A stretch of DNA of 64,000 nt from Candidatus Omnitrophota bacterium (GTDB lineage: Bacteria; Omnitrophota; Gorgyraeia; Tantalellales; Tantalellaceae): assembly GCA_049643885.1 (NCBI GenBank), contig JBARQV010000015.1:11430-75429 (forward strand), read 5' to 3'. The translations under genes were made by a program, and so were the position numbers. Shown one piece after another: positions 8,942 to 20,197 of the stretch; position 1 is the first letter of the stretch; the number at the start of each line of letters is the position of its first letter. The notes beneath the pieces are model-generated. The model was not told where the DNA came from and ran no database searches. It saw only the letters and a list, made by a program, of their open reading frames with translations.

Positions 8942-9874
8942 ATGAAACTTATGTTTTTCGGGACGGGGGAGTTCGGCATACCGACTTTGGAAAAACTCCT
9001 GGAAAGCGACCATAAGGTCATCGCTGTAGTTACGCAGCCTGACAGGCAAAAAGGCCGGGGATGGAAGGTCCAGCCTGCTCCGGTAAAGGCTTTTTTAAAA
9101 GAGAAAGGTGTTAGAGTAGAACTTTTTCAGCCGGGGAAAGTGTCGGATATGGCGCTGGGCAATAAGCTCAGGAGCAAGAGAGCGGACGTGTTCGTGGTCG
9201 TTGATTACGGAATGTTTTTAAGCCAGCCTCTTTTGAACGCACCGAACAAATTTTGCATAAACCTGCATCCTTCACTTTTGCCTAAATACAGGGGAGCGGC
9301 TCCGGTAAACTGGGCGATATTGAACGGTGAGAAGGAAACAGGCAATACCGTGATAAGACTTTCGGGGCGCATGGACGCGGGGAGCATTATTTTGCAGGAA
9401 AGGATTTATATAGGCGATGGCGAGAATGCCATTGAATTGGCCGACAGGCTTTCAAAGAGCGGCGCGGACCTGGTGCTCAAGGCGTTGGAGCTTATAGAGG
9501 AGAATATAGTGGAATTCAAGGAACAGGAAGAAAGTGAGGCTTCCTTCGCCCCGGGGCTGGAGAAGGAGCAGGGCAGGATAAATTGGAAAGAGTCCGCGTT
9601 CGAGATCGGAAGAAAGATCAGGGCTCTTCAGCCTTGGCCCGGCACGTTCACTCATTTTGGGGGAAAGATCCTGAAGGTGATCAAGGCGCAGGTGGTCATG
9701 AATATCGAAGACAATAAGACGCCGGGTAGTATTTGCGATGAAAGTAAGTTCATCGTTGCTACCGGGAAAGGCGCCCTGCAGATGGAAGAGGTCCAGATAG
9801 AAGGCAAGAAAGCGATGTCCAGGGATGAATTCCTCAGGGGACACCGGCTTGAAAAAGGCACGGTTCTGGAGTAG
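8942..9874 (+). CDS. fmt: Methionyl-tRNA formyltransferase
   Basis: MKLMFFGTGEFGIPTLEKL...VVTQPDRQKGRG; HPSLLPKYRG. The ORF track start at 8828 is an upstream in-frame extension through the hairpin. Confidence 0.9.
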   Translation: MKLMFFGTGEFGIPTLEKLLESDHKVIAVVTQPDRQKGRGWKVQPAPVKAFLKEKGVRVELFQPGKVSDMALGNKLRSKRADVFVVVDYGMFLSQPLLNAPNKFCINLHPSLLPKYRGAAPVNWAILNGEKETGNTVIRLSGRMDAGSIILQERIYIGDGENAIELADRLSKSGADLVLKALELIEENIVEFKEQEESEASFAPGLEKEQGRINWKESAFEIGRKIRALQPWPGTFTHFGGKILKVIKAQVVMNIEDNKTPGSICDESKFIVATGKGALQMEEVQIEGKKAMSRDEFLRGHRLEKGTVLE

Positions 9875-9878
9875 GAAG

Positions 9879-10994
9879 ATGAAGATAGGGATCGATGTAA
9901 GATCTACCTTGAAGCGGAAGAGAAGAACGGGCATAGGTTACTACACCCTGAACCTGGTCAAACACCTGGCCGCCGCGGACCCTGAAAACCAGTATTTTCT
10001 TTACAGCTACATAAAGCCGTTTGATTTTAAAAGGCGCCTGCCTGAGCTCCCCGGGCCTAACTTCCGCCACAGGCTTGACAGGTTGAGTTTCCGGCCCGAG
10101 ATCAAGATGAAAGACATGGACGTATTCCATTCTTCCAGTTATGATGTCCCGCCTCTTGAGTCCGCGAAACTGGTGACCACGATCCACGATATTATACCGC
10201 TTATGTTTTCTGAAGGGTTCCCTGAAGAGTATCTAAAAAAACTTGAAAACGACATAAAAAAAGTGCTTAAAGAAAGCGACCTCGTGGTAGTGGATTCCAT
10301 TAATACAAAGAAGGACCTGCAGGAAAAGTTTTCCCCTGTTCCCACCAAAGTAAAGGTGATCTATCCCGGAAGGGATGAGTCTTTTTCGCCTATGGACGAT
10401 AAAGAAAAAGCCTTTTTTCGTCTCCGGAAAAAATACGGCATAGAGAGAGAATTCATACTTTATGTCGGCACGATCGAGAAACGGAAGAACGTTGCCGGCC
10501 TGGCCGGCGCCTTCCTGGAGTTGAAGAAGGAAAAGAACCTGCCGCATTTATTGGTGATAGTGGGAATGAAGGGGTGGGAGAGCGAGAAGGTATTTGAAAT
10601 GGTAGAGAAGTCCGGCTTGGAGAAGGATGTCAGGTTCACCAGCTATATCGATCGGAAGGACATGAATCTTTTTTACAACGCCGCGGAGGTATTTGTGTAT
10701 CCTTCTCTTTACGAAGGTTTCGGCCTGCCCGTCCTGGAGGCGTTCAGCTGCGGGACTCCCACCGTTACTTCTTTTACCACGAGCTGCGGCGAGATCGCCG
10801 GGGATGCCGCGCTGACCGTCGATCCCAGGGACTCCGCCGGCATGAAAAAGGCCATATACCGCCTTCTGACCGATAAGACCCTCCGGGAAGAGTTGAGGGC
10901 CAGAGCTCTTAGCCGGGCACGTCTATTTTCGTGGGATAAGGCAGCGGAAGAGTTCAGCGGCATATTCCGTGAACTGGGTTCAGGAAAGAAGTAA
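9879..10994 (+). CDS. GT4-family (GT-B) glycosyltransferase
   Basis: EGFGLPVLEAFSCGTPTV motif. The ATG at 9879 is preceded by GGAGTAGGAAG. Confidence 0.85.
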   Translation: MKIGIDVRSTLKRKRRTGIGYYTLNLVKHLAAADPENQYFLYSYIKPFDFKRRLPELPGPNFRHRLDRLSFRPEIKMKDMDVFHSSSYDVPPLESAKLVTTIHDIIPLMFSEGFPEEYLKKLENDIKKVLKESDLVVVDSINTKKDLQEKFSPVPTKVKVIYPGRDESFSPMDDKEKAFFRLRKKYGIEREFILYVGTIEKRKNVAGLAGAFLELKKEKNLPHLLVIVGMKGWESEKVFEMVEKSGLEKDVRFTSYIDRKDMNLFYNAAEVFVYPSLYEGFGLPVLEAFSCGTPTVTSFTTSCGEIAGDAALTVDPRDSAGMKKAIYRLLTDKTLREELRARALSRARLFSWDKAAEEFSGIFRELGSGKK

Positions 10995-11002
10995 AAAAAA
11001 TA

Positions 11003-11031
11003 TTGAAGGAAAAGGCATATAAGTATATAAT
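11003..11031 (+). promoter_or_regulatory. Sigma-70 type promoter TTGAAG-N17-TATAAT for the gap-pgk-tpiA-secG operon
   Basis: Hexamers and 17-nt spacing were read directly. It lies about 125 nt upstream of gap. Confidence 0.55.
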
Positions 11032-11105
11032 ACAAAATCTTGTAGTATAGTAGACCCCGCGATTCACTTCGTTCGCGCGGGGTTAAATTCGCACTAATCA
11101 CTTAG

Positions 11106-12173
<1,068 letters not shown>

Positions 12174-12186
12174 TCGGAGGTAAGAT

Positions 12187-13365
12187 ATGAAGAAGGCTGT
12201 GACAGATGTCGACGTGAACGGCAAACGTGTCTTGATGCGCGCCGATTTTAACGTCCCTCTTGACGAGAACCGCAGGATCACTGATGACAGCAGGATAGTC
12301 GCGGCGCTGCCCACGATAAAGTACGTCCTTGATAACGGCGGCAAGCTTGTCCTCATGAGCCATCTGGGCCGTCCAAAAGGAGAGGTCAAGATGGAACTTT
12401 CCCTCGCGCCGGTGGCGGAGAGGCTTTCCGAACTTTTGAAGAAAGACGTAAAAAAGATGGATGACTGCGTGGGAGAGGATGTTGAAGAGGCAGTGAACAA
12501 GATGGAGAAAGGGGATGTCATCCTTCTTGAGAATCTCCGGTTCCATAAGGAAGAGACAAAGAACGACCCTGAATTCGCCAAACAGCTTGCTTCACTCGGC
12601 GAGATATTCGTGAATGACGCGTTCGGCACTTGTCACCGCGCCCATGCCTCAACGGTAGGGGTCACCCAGTATCTTCCCAGCGTGGCCGGTTTTCTTGTGC
12701 AGAAAGAGATCGAATATTTCGAAAAAGTCACGAAGAATCCGGAAAAACCGTTCTGTCTTATGCTGGGCGGGGCCAAAGTAGCCGACAAGATCCCGGTTAT
12801 CGAGAACATGATGGATAAGATAGATTTTCTCTTGATAGGCGGGGCCATGGCCTATACTTTCCTTAAATCCAGGTTTAAGGGGATAGGTGCTTCCCGGCTT
12901 GAGGAAGAGATGCTCGGGACAGTGGAGAAGATCTTTGAGATGGCCAGCGCTAATAAGGTAGGTATCTTTCTCCCCAAGGATCACGTGATCGCCCGTGAGA
13001 TAAAGGCCAATGCAAGGAAAAAGGTAGTAAAGGATAATATCCCTGACGGCTGGATCGGACTGGACATCGGCCCGTTGACGGTGAAAAATTATGAATCAGT
13101 CCTCAAAGATTCAAAAACGATCGTCTGGAACGGACCGGTAGGCCTGTTCGAGATGAAACCGTTCGCCACCGGAACACGTGAACTGGCCAAATTCCTTTCC
13201 CGGCTTGACGCGACCACCGTCATCGGCGGCGGGGATACGGTAGCGGCGGTAAACCAGTTAAAACTGGGCGAAAAGATGTCTCATATTTCAACAGGCGGCG
13301 GCGCGTCGCTGGAATACCTCGAAGGCAAGGAGCTTCCCGGGATCGCGGCCCTGGCAGACAAATAG
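12187..13365 (+). CDS. pgk: Phosphoglycerate kinase
   Basis: RADFNVPLD near the N-terminus; C-terminal GGGDT...STGGGASLE. Confidence 0.95.
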   Translation: MKKAVTDVDVNGKRVLMRADFNVPLDENRRITDDSRIVAALPTIKYVLDNGGKLVLMSHLGRPKGEVKMELSLAPVAERLSELLKKDVKKMDDCVGEDVEEAVNKMEKGDVILLENLRFHKEETKNDPEFAKQLASLGEIFVNDAFGTCHRAHASTVGVTQYLPSVAGFLVQKEIEYFEKVTKNPEKPFCLMLGGAKVADKIPVIENMMDKIDFLLIGGAMAYTFLKSRFKGIGASRLEEEMLGTVEKIFEMASANKVGIFLPKDHVIAREIKANARKKVVKDNIPDGWIGLDIGPLTVKNYESVLKDSKTIVWNGPVGLFEMKPFATGTRELAKFLSRLDATTVIGGGDTVAAVNQLKLGEKMSHISTGGGASLEYLEGKELPGIAALADK

Positions 13366-13374
13366 AGGAGGATC

Positions 13375-14157
13375 ATGCGTAAACCGGTAATTGCCGGTAA
13401 CTGGAAAATGAACAAGGACGTCAACGAGGCTATTGTCCTGGTGAACGATATCAAACGCGAAGTGTTCAGCGTAGAGAACGTCGATATTGTTGTCTGCCCG
13501 CCTTTTAGTGACTTGGGCGACGTGGGAGAGATGCTGGTAGAGAGCAACATAGTCCTGGGGGCACAGAATTGTTACTGGCAAAAAGAAGGCGCTTTTACCG
13601 GGGAAGTCTCGGTGGGCATGCTGAAAAGCGTAGGGTGCAGGTATGTCATAATCGGGCATTCCGAACGCCGGCAGTATTTCGGGGAAACGGACCAGACGGT
13701 AAATAAAAGGTTAAAAGCGGCGATAGAAGGGGGGCTCGCTCCGATCATGTGCGTCGGTGAGACCCTTGCAGAGAGGGAAGCAGGCAAGACCCTGGATGTC
13801 GTGAGGACCCAGGTGACCGAAGGACTGAGGGATTTTGACGAAGAGTTCCTGTATCTCTTGGTAATAGCTTACGAACCGGTCTGGGCGATAGGCACGGGGA
13901 AGACGGCTACGCCGGACCAGGCCCAGGAGGTCCACGCTTTTATAAGAGGGATCTTAAAGGAACTTTTTTCTGATTCTTTCGCCGAAAGCAGGTGCATACT
14001 TTACGGCGGCAGCATAAAGCCCGATAATATCGAGGATGTAATGCGTGAAGAGGATGTCGACGGCGGGCTGGTAGGCGGTGCGAGTTTGAAAGCGGAAAAC
14101 TTTTCGGATATTGTCAATAAGACATCCAAACTATATGCGGAAATAAAAAAAGGATAG
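13375..14157 (+). CDS. tpiA: Triosephosphate isomerase
   Basis: AGNWKMN, IIGHSERR, AYEPVWAIGTG, GGS. Confidence 0.95.
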   Translation: MRKPVIAGNWKMNKDVNEAIVLVNDIKREVFSVENVDIVVCPPFSDLGDVGEMLVESNIVLGAQNCYWQKEGAFTGEVSVGMLKSVGCRYVIIGHSERRQYFGETDQTVNKRLKAAIEGGLAPIMCVGETLAEREAGKTLDVVRTQVTEGLRDFDEEFLYLLVIAYEPVWAIGTGKTATPDQAQEVHAFIRGILKELFSDSFAESRCILYGGSIKPDNIEDVMREEDVDGGLVGGASLKAENFSDIVNKTSKLYAEIKKG

Positions 14158-14159
14158 AT

Positions 14160-14510
14160 ATGTTTATATTGATGTTGATCGTCCATATAATGGCTTGTTT
14201 TGTGTTGGTCGCTGTAATATTGCTTCAGGCCGGCAGGGGAGGCGGTTTAAGCGAAGCGTTAGGCGGCGAGGCTGCCCAGTCGCTTTTAGGCACGCAGGCC
14301 CCGACGCTGTTGAAGAAGGCCACCACGATAAGCGCGATAGTCTTCTTAATAACTTCGCTCTTATTGGGCATGATGACAGCCAGAAAAGGTAAATCTCTTT
14401 TTCAGCAGCAGTTCCCTATGGCGCCGATGGCGCCTCAGCAGGGGGCAGTTCCGGCCGCCCAGCCCGTGGCACAGCCTGAACAAGGACAGCCGGCTGAAGA
14501 GACTCAGTAG
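14160..14510 (+). CDS. secG: Preprotein translocase subunit SecG
   Basis: VLVAVILLQAGRGGGLSEALGG motif with two TM segments. The usual position after tpiA. Confidence 0.85.
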   Translation: MFILMLIVHIMACFVLVAVILLQAGRGGGLSEALGGEAAQSLLGTQAPTLLKKATTISAIVFLITSLLLGMMTARKGKSLFQQQFPMAPMAPQQGAVPAAQPVAQPEQGQPAEETQ

Positions 14511-14514
14511 GTCT

Positions 14515-16155
14515 GTGTTGGATCCGGAAAAAAGAAAAATCGCATTTAAAAGATCACTGTTTATCCCGAAAGCAGTGGTCTTTTTTTTGTTCCTTTTTCT
14601 GACTGTTACGCCGGATCCGGCCCAGGAAGTCTGGACGAGCCGGGACGCGTACGTAAGCGCCGGGATAGGTGATGCCCGGATACTTGTGCCTTTTCTCGCC
14701 GATGATGTATCTTCAGGCTCGGTATGCGGACTTATCTTTAACGGCCTGACCAAGGTCGATAAGGACCTGAAAGTGGTGGGGGACCTTGCCGAAAGTTGGG
14801 ACGTCTTGGATGGAGGCCTTACCATAACCTTTCATTTGAGAAAAGGCGTCAAGTGGCACGATGGCGCGCCTTTTACCGCCGAAGATGTCCGTTTTACCTA
14901 TGAGACCATACTTGATCCCGGGACGGGGTGCCCGTATATTTCGAGTTATTCAAGCATTAAAACAATAACGGTTATCGATCCCTACACTATCCGTTTTGAT
15001 TATAACCGGCCTTATGCACCTGCCATCCTTAAGTTTGGAATGGGTATTGTCCCTAAACATCTATTTGAGAAGGCCGGGGATGTCAGGAAGTCGGCTTATG
15101 CCATAGCCCCGGTCGGCACCGGTCCTTACAGGTTTACCAGGTGGGAGAGAGGCCGGTACATTATCCTGGAAGAAAACCCCGAATATTTTGAACACCGCCC
15201 GGGGATCAAGCACTACATCTACAGGCTTATTCCCGACCAGGCGGTCCAGTTCCTTGAACTGGTTTCGGGAGGCGTCGATTCCATGTCCCTGAACCCATAC
15301 CAGTACCGCTATCGCAGTGAAACGTCTGAATTCAGGGAAAGGATACGCAAGTACCATTATCTTGCCCATTCCTATACCTATATAGGATATAACCTGAAGG
15401 ATCCCTTTTTTGCCGACAAAAAGGTCCGGCAAGCTTTGAGCTACGCTATAAACAAGAAGGAAATAATAAACGCGGTTCTTCTTGGGCTTGGGGAATCCTG
15501 TACAGGGCCTTTCTTGAAAGGGTCGCTTTACTATGATGATTCCGTCCCGGGGTATGCCTATGACCCGGATAAGGCCGCGCGGCTCCTGCGTGAAGCGGGA
15601 TGGGAGGACACGGACGGAGACGGGATACTTGAAAAAGAGGGACAAGAATTCAAAGTCACCTTGGTGACAAATCAGGGGAATCAGGTCAGGGAGGACATAG
15701 CTACAGTGGTCCAGGATCAATGGGCAAAGCTGGGCATCAAGGTCGAGATCAATGTGATCGCCTGGGCGGCGTTTTTGGACCAGTTCGTGAACAAAAAGAA
15801 GTTTCAGGCTATGATACTGGGGTGGACCATCCCCCTGGACCCCGATCCTTACTCGGTCTGGCATTCAGATTCCATGCGGCCCGGCGGGCTGAATTTCATT
15901 TCTTATTCCAATCCGAAAGTAGATGAGCTGATAGTGCTCGGCCGGGAAGAATTCGCCCCGGCGGTCAGGCGAGAGATCTATCACGAGATCCACAGGGTCA
16001 TATCGGAAGATGCGCCGTACACTTTTTTATTTTTTCCTTATGCCACGCCGGCGATCGATAAACGCTTCAAAGGGATAATACCCGCACCGGCCGGCATAGG
16101 GTATAATTTTATCGACTGGTACGTGCCGGAGGACGAGGTAAAGTATAAATTTTAG
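14515..16155 (+). CDS. oppA: ABC transporter substrate-binding protein, family 5 (oligopeptide/dipeptide)
   Basis: 546 aa with an N-terminal hydrophobic signal. SBP_bac_5 architecture, followed by permeases and ATPases. Confidence 0.85.
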   Translation: MLDPEKRKIAFKRSLFIPKAVVFFLFLFLTVTPDPAQEVWTSRDAYVSAGIGDARILVPFLADDVSSGSVCGLIFNGLTKVDKDLKVVGDLAESWDVLDGGLTITFHLRKGVKWHDGAPFTAEDVRFTYETILDPGTGCPYISSYSSIKTITVIDPYTIRFDYNRPYAPAILKFGMGIVPKHLFEKAGDVRKSAYAIAPVGTGPYRFTRWERGRYIILEENPEYFEHRPGIKHYIYRLIPDQAVQFLELVSGGVDSMSLNPYQYRYRSETSEFRERIRKYHYLAHSYTYIGYNLKDPFFADKKVRQALSYAINKKEIINAVLLGLGESCTGPFLKGSLYYDDSVPGYAYDPDKAARLLREAGWEDTDGDGILEKEGQEFKVTLVTNQGNQVREDIATVVQDQWAKLGIKVEINVIAWAAFLDQFVNKKKFQAMILGWTIPLDPDPYSVWHSDSMRPGGLNFISYSNPKVDELIVLGREEFAPAVRREIYHEIHRVISEDAPYTFLFFPYATPAIDKRFKGIIPAPAGIGYNFIDWYVPEDEVKYKF

Positions 16156-16162
16156 GATTGCC

Positions 16163-17140
16163 ATGAGACGCTACATACTTAAACGACTACTACTCATCAT
16201 CCCGATGCTGTTCGGGATATCCATCCTGCTTTTTGTCGTCATGCATCTTGCTCCGGGAGACCCCGCAAGCCTGAGGTACGGTCTTAATCCGGAAGTATCG
16301 GAAAGCGCCAGGGAGAATTTCAGCCGGTTGTACAACCTGGACAAACCGGTCCTGGTCCAGTATCTCCTGTGGCTGAAAAGATTGGTGTCGCTTGATTTCG
16401 GCAAATCTTTTATCGACGACCAACCGGTCATAATGAAAATAGCTTCCCGGCTTCCCGCGACGCTACTCCTGCAGATAGTCTCTCTTATCGTGATCTTTTG
16501 CCTTGCCCTTCCCATAGGGATAATAAGCGCGGTGAAACGGAACTCTGTTTTTGACAGGGTCATGACGGTAGTCGTCTTTATCGGTTATGCCATGCCGACT
16601 TTCTGGCTGGCCCTTTTGCTGATATTTTTCTTCGGGTTCAAGCTGCAGTGGTTTCCCGTCTCCGGGATGTCTCCCTGGTATACCCAGTATCTCGATGTGT
16701 TCGGCAAGATCAGGGACCTTGCCTGGCATATGGTTTTGCCGGTGGTGACTACGGCTTTCGGGGGACTGGCGGCTTTGTCCAGGTATTCAAGATCAAGCAT
16801 GATAGAGGTCATGCAGGAAAATTATATCCTCACGGCCAGGGCCAAGGGCCTAACGGAAAGAAGGATAATCATGGTCCATGCTCTCAGGAACGCGCTGTTG
16901 CCGATCGTGACCATAATGGGCCTTACTCTTCCCGGGCTGATATCAGGCAGTTTTATTTTCGAGACGATATTTGCCTGGCCGGGCATGGGCCGGCTGGGGT
17001 ATGAGGCGATCATGAATTATGATTATCCGGTGGTGATGGGGGTAGGGTTTATCGCGACTTTCCTCACGCTCTTGGGGATATTCCTGTCGGACATGACGTA
17101 CGCGATCGTCGATCCGAGGATCAGGTACGAAGGTAGATGA
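16163..17140 (+). CDS. oppB: Peptide ABC transporter permease
   Basis: BPD_transp_1 EAA-like region ...LTARAKGLTERRIIMVHALRNA. Confidence 0.9.
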   Translation: MRRYILKRLLLIIPMLFGISILLFVVMHLAPGDPASLRYGLNPEVSESARENFSRLYNLDKPVLVQYLLWLKRLVSLDFGKSFIDDQPVIMKIASRLPATLLLQIVSLIVIFCLALPIGIISAVKRNSVFDRVMTVVVFIGYAMPTFWLALLLIFFFGFKLQWFPVSGMSPWYTQYLDVFGKIRDLAWHMVLPVVTTAFGGLAALSRYSRSSMIEVMQENYILTARAKGLTERRIIMVHALRNALLPIVTIMGLTLPGLISGSFIFETIFAWPGMGRLGYEAIMNYDYPVVMGVGFIATFLTLLGIFLSDMTYAIVDPRIRYEGR

Positions 17141-17153
17141 TGGAGTTGGTAAT

Positions 17154-17351
17154 GTTTGAGCTGTCACATAAACCAGATGTTTTGGATATTTTTCGCCGGG
17201 ACGTTAATTTTCCCCACCGAGGAAAATTAACTCGAAATTTTTATTCGCTCTCCCTCAGGCCCTTTGGGTCTTCGGGAACCGTGGCCGCTCACAAAAATTA
17301 CGCCCTGCTCAAAACATCCAAAACATCTTGCTCCCGGAAAACAGCTCAAAC
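17154..17351. repeat. ~198-bp inverted-repeat element inserted between oppB and oppC (GTTTGAGCTGT...CAGATGTTTTGGAT // ATCCAAAACATCT...ACAGCTCAAAC)
   Basis: Terminal inverted repeats were read directly. There is an internal hairpin GACGTTAATTTTCC...GGAAAATTAAC. oppB and oppC are otherwise adjacent genes in such operons. Confidence 0.6.
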
Positions 17352-17366
17352 ATTACAAGGCACATT

Positions 17367-18182
17367 ATGAACAAGCGACTCTTATTCGGGGTAATGATAG
17401 TAGTGGTGATGGCGCTGGTCGCGGGCCTCGCGCCTTTTATCGCTACCCATGACCCCCTGGAGATGGACCTTTCGCCGGAAGCGAGGCTCCATGCCCCTTC
17501 CGTCGGGCATCTTTTCGGGACAGACAGCCTGGGCCGCGACGTGTTCAGCCGGATGGTCTACGGGACGCGTATATCTTTAAGCGTCGGGTTCATCGCCGTT
17601 TTCATATCCCTGGTCATAGGCATTTTTCTTGGGGGATTGAGCGGTTATTACGGGAAATGGGTAGATACCGTTATCATGCGGCTTGTCGAGATCATGTATT
17701 GTTTCCCAACGTTTTTTCTGATAATGATGGTCATCACTTTCCTGGGGCCGAGTGTCATCAACGTGATGGTCGTTATCGGGATAACCAGCTGGGCGGGTCT
17801 GTGCAGACTTGTCCGCGCGGAATTTTTGACGCTCAGGGAAAGGGATTTCGTGCATTCGGCAAGGGTCCAGGGTGTTTCGGATATGCGTATCATATTCAGG
17901 CATATTCTTCCCAATGCCATGGCCCCGGTATACGTGAGCGCCACTCTTAGTGTAGGCGCGGCGATACTGGTCGAGAGCGCGCTGTCTTTTCTGGGTCTGG
18001 GTGTGCAGATACCCACTCCGAGTTGGGGGAATATCCTTGCCAACGGGAAAAATTATATAGATTACGCCTGGTGGCTTACTCTTTTCCCCGGCCTGGCGAT
18101 ACTTGTGACCGTTCTGAGCTTTAATTTGATAGGCGAAAGCATGAGAGAAAGGCTGGACCCAAGGCTCAGGGAGAGGAAATAA
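17367..18182 (+). CDS. oppC: Peptide ABC transporter permease
   Basis: N-terminal TM and a BPD_transp_1 domain. The ATG at 17367 is preferred over the track's upstream start. Confidence 0.9.
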   Translation: MNKRLLFGVMIVVVMALVAGLAPFIATHDPLEMDLSPEARLHAPSVGHLFGTDSLGRDVFSRMVYGTRISLSVGFIAVFISLVIGIFLGGLSGYYGKWVDTVIMRLVEIMYCFPTFFLIMMVITFLGPSVINVMVVIGITSWAGLCRLVRAEFLTLRERDFVHSARVQGVSDMRIIFRHILPNAMAPVYVSATLSVGAAILVESALSFLGLGVQIPTPSWGNILANGKNYIDYAWWLTLFPGLAILVTVLSFNLIGESMRERLDPRLRERK

Positions 18183-18183
18183 C

Positions 18184-18232
18184 CCCACACTTCCGTGTGG
18201 GGAATTGATACTACAGGCGGTAGCCTGTAGAG
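18184..18232 (+). repeat. Double-hairpin intergenic repeat, copy 2
   Basis: CCCCACACTTCCGTGTGGGGAATTGATACTACAGGCGGTAGCCTGTAGAGG. Its 3' AGAGG is 6 nt upstream of the oppD ATG. Confidence 0.9.
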
Positions 18233-18238
18233 GAGAAA

Positions 18239-19039
18239 ATGGATAACTTACTTGAGGTAAAGAATCTGACAATAAGTTTCGGCGGCAAAAAGGCCGTCGA
18301 CAACGTCAGTTTTTCTCTTCACCCCGGCCAGATAATGGCTCTTGTGGGTGAATCGGGAAGCGGGAAGACCATAACCGCCCTTGCGTTACTGGGGCTCCTT
18401 CCCGGGGCTGCGGTCCGGGAAAAGGGAGATGTGATCTTCAGGGGCAAGAACATATTTGACGTCGGCGCGGATAAGATGCGGCAGATAAGAGGGAAAGATA
18501 TCGCCATGGTATTCCAGGAACCCTTTACTTCTCTCAATCCCGTTATCAGGACGGGTGAGCAGATATCTGAGACGATACTCGCTCATCGCGGCAGTCTTGC
18601 AAAGACAGTGAGCATAGAAGAAAAGATGCGTGAACTTCTTTCGACGGTAAAACTTTCACCTGACGTGGTTTCGCTTTATCCTCACGAACTTTCCGGGGGG
18701 ATGAGGCAGAGGGTGATGCTGGCCATGGCCTTGAGCTGCGACCCGGAAGTCCTCATACTCGACGAACCCACGACGGCGCTGGACGTTTCCATACAAAAAC
18801 ATATTCTTGATCTCATCAAGACCATACAGCGTGAAAGAGGACTTACCATACTTTTCATAACCCATGATTTTTCAGTAGTCAATATGATAGCAGACAGGGT
18901 GTGCGTTATGAACCGGGGAAAAGTAATGGAATACGGGGAAAAGGACGAGGTTTTACACGATCCCAAGGACGGGTATACCCGTCATCTTATCGATTGTATA
19001 CCAAGATCAGGGGATAAACGGGAAAGGTTGCCTGCGTGA
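18239..19039 (+). CDS. oppD: Peptide ABC transporter ATP-binding protein
   Basis: Walker A GESGSGKT, signature LSGGMRQR, Walker B ILDEPTTALD. Confidence 0.9.
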   Translation: MDNLLEVKNLTISFGGKKAVDNVSFSLHPGQIMALVGESGSGKTITALALLGLLPGAAVREKGDVIFRGKNIFDVGADKMRQIRGKDIAMVFQEPFTSLNPVIRTGEQISETILAHRGSLAKTVSIEEKMRELLSTVKLSPDVVSLYPHELSGGMRQRVMLAMALSCDPEVLILDEPTTALDVSIQKHILDLIKTIQRERGLTILFITHDFSVVNMIADRVCVMNRGKVMEYGEKDEVLHDPKDGYTRHLIDCIPRSGDKRERLPA

Positions 19040-19040
19040 T

Positions 19041-19775
19041 ATGGGGACCGTGATCGAAGTCAGCGATATAAAGAAATATTTCAGGAAGAGAGCGCTTTTC
19101 CGGACAGGTTCCGGACCGGTCAAAGCCGTAGACAGTGTCAGTTTCAGCGTGCCGGCAGGGAAGACGTTCGGCCTGGTCGGCGAGTCCGGGTGCGGGAAGA
19201 CGACCATAGCAAAATTGTTAGTCGGGATATTTAAACCGGATTCCGGCCGGATAGAGATCAAAGGCGACAGGGATATCGTTTTCCAGGATCCTTTTAGCTC
19301 ACTGAACCCGCGCATGACCGTAAGAGAAATAGTGGGGGAATCCCTGGAGGTAAGAGGTATCGGAAAAAAAGAGATATACCACAGGGTGCACGAGACCCTT
19401 GAAATGGTCAGGCTCAGGGTGTCCGAATCCATGGACAAATACCCTCACCAGTTCTCGGGCGGCGAACGCCAGAGGATAGCCATAGCCAGGGCCATAGTGC
19501 GCCGGCCCGGGGTCCTGGTCCTAGACGAACCCGTTTCCAGCCTGGACGTGTCTATCCAGGCAAGTATACTGAACCTTCTGAAAGATCTGCAAGAAGAGCT
19601 CGCTCTTACCTATGTGTTCATCTCTCATGATCTCAGGGTCGTCGAATTTATGGCCGATATAGTGGGCGTAATGAGGGAAGGCAGGCTTGTCGAGGTCGCC
19701 GATCGCGAGGCCATTTACATATCTCCCCAGAACGATTATACCAAGCTTCTTCTCGAATCCATCCCTAAATTCTAA
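19041..19775 (+). CDS. oppF: Peptide ABC transporter ATP-binding protein
   Basis: GESGCGKTT, FSGGERQR, LVLDEPVSSLD. Confidence 0.9.
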   Translation: MGTVIEVSDIKKYFRKRALFRTGSGPVKAVDSVSFSVPAGKTFGLVGESGCGKTTIAKLLVGIFKPDSGRIEIKGDRDIVFQDPFSSLNPRMTVREIVGESLEVRGIGKKEIYHRVHETLEMVRLRVSESMDKYPHQFSGGERQRIAIARAIVRRPGVLVLDEPVSSLDVSIQASILNLLKDLQEELALTYVFISHDLRVVEFMADIVGVMREGRLVEVADREAIYISPQNDYTKLLLESIPKF

Positions 19776-19844
19776 AAGATCGGCGATGTATGGCTTGTTT
19801 CTGCCGGGAACATCCGATCCCCTCGTTATTTGCGACTCAGCATT

Positions 19845-20197
19845 GCGAAAACAATAAAATCCTTCCCAACCTAAAATTTGGAAATGGGTCCCTTTGATCT
19901 TATTGTTTTTGCAATGCCGATTCCGCAGAATAACTAGGCGTTGTATGCAATGCAACGCCTAGTCAGGAAAGGGTAAATATCTATGATGGCGAATGCATGC
20001 CTGACGGACCATTACAAAAATTCAGCTTTTCCGGATATTTTAAGCTGAGGTTATCATGGCTATATACAATGCGTAGGCATGGCAACTGTCCGAGCCCCGA
20101 GCATTCCTGTAGCGAGGGGCGAGTTTTGCCATGTCAGCTTGAAATGCCCGGAAAAGCGTTAAGAATTTTTGTCGGGACGGAAGGCATGCATTCGCCG
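19845..20197 (+). repeat. Composite structured repeat, copy A: short palindromic arm module (19845-19912) plus ~210-bp core (about 19990-20197) bounded by inverted termini GGCGAATGCATGCC / GGCATGCATTCGCC
   Basis: About 88% identity to copies B and C. The ORF track's 68-aa ORF inside it is not conserved in copy B. Confidence 0.85.
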
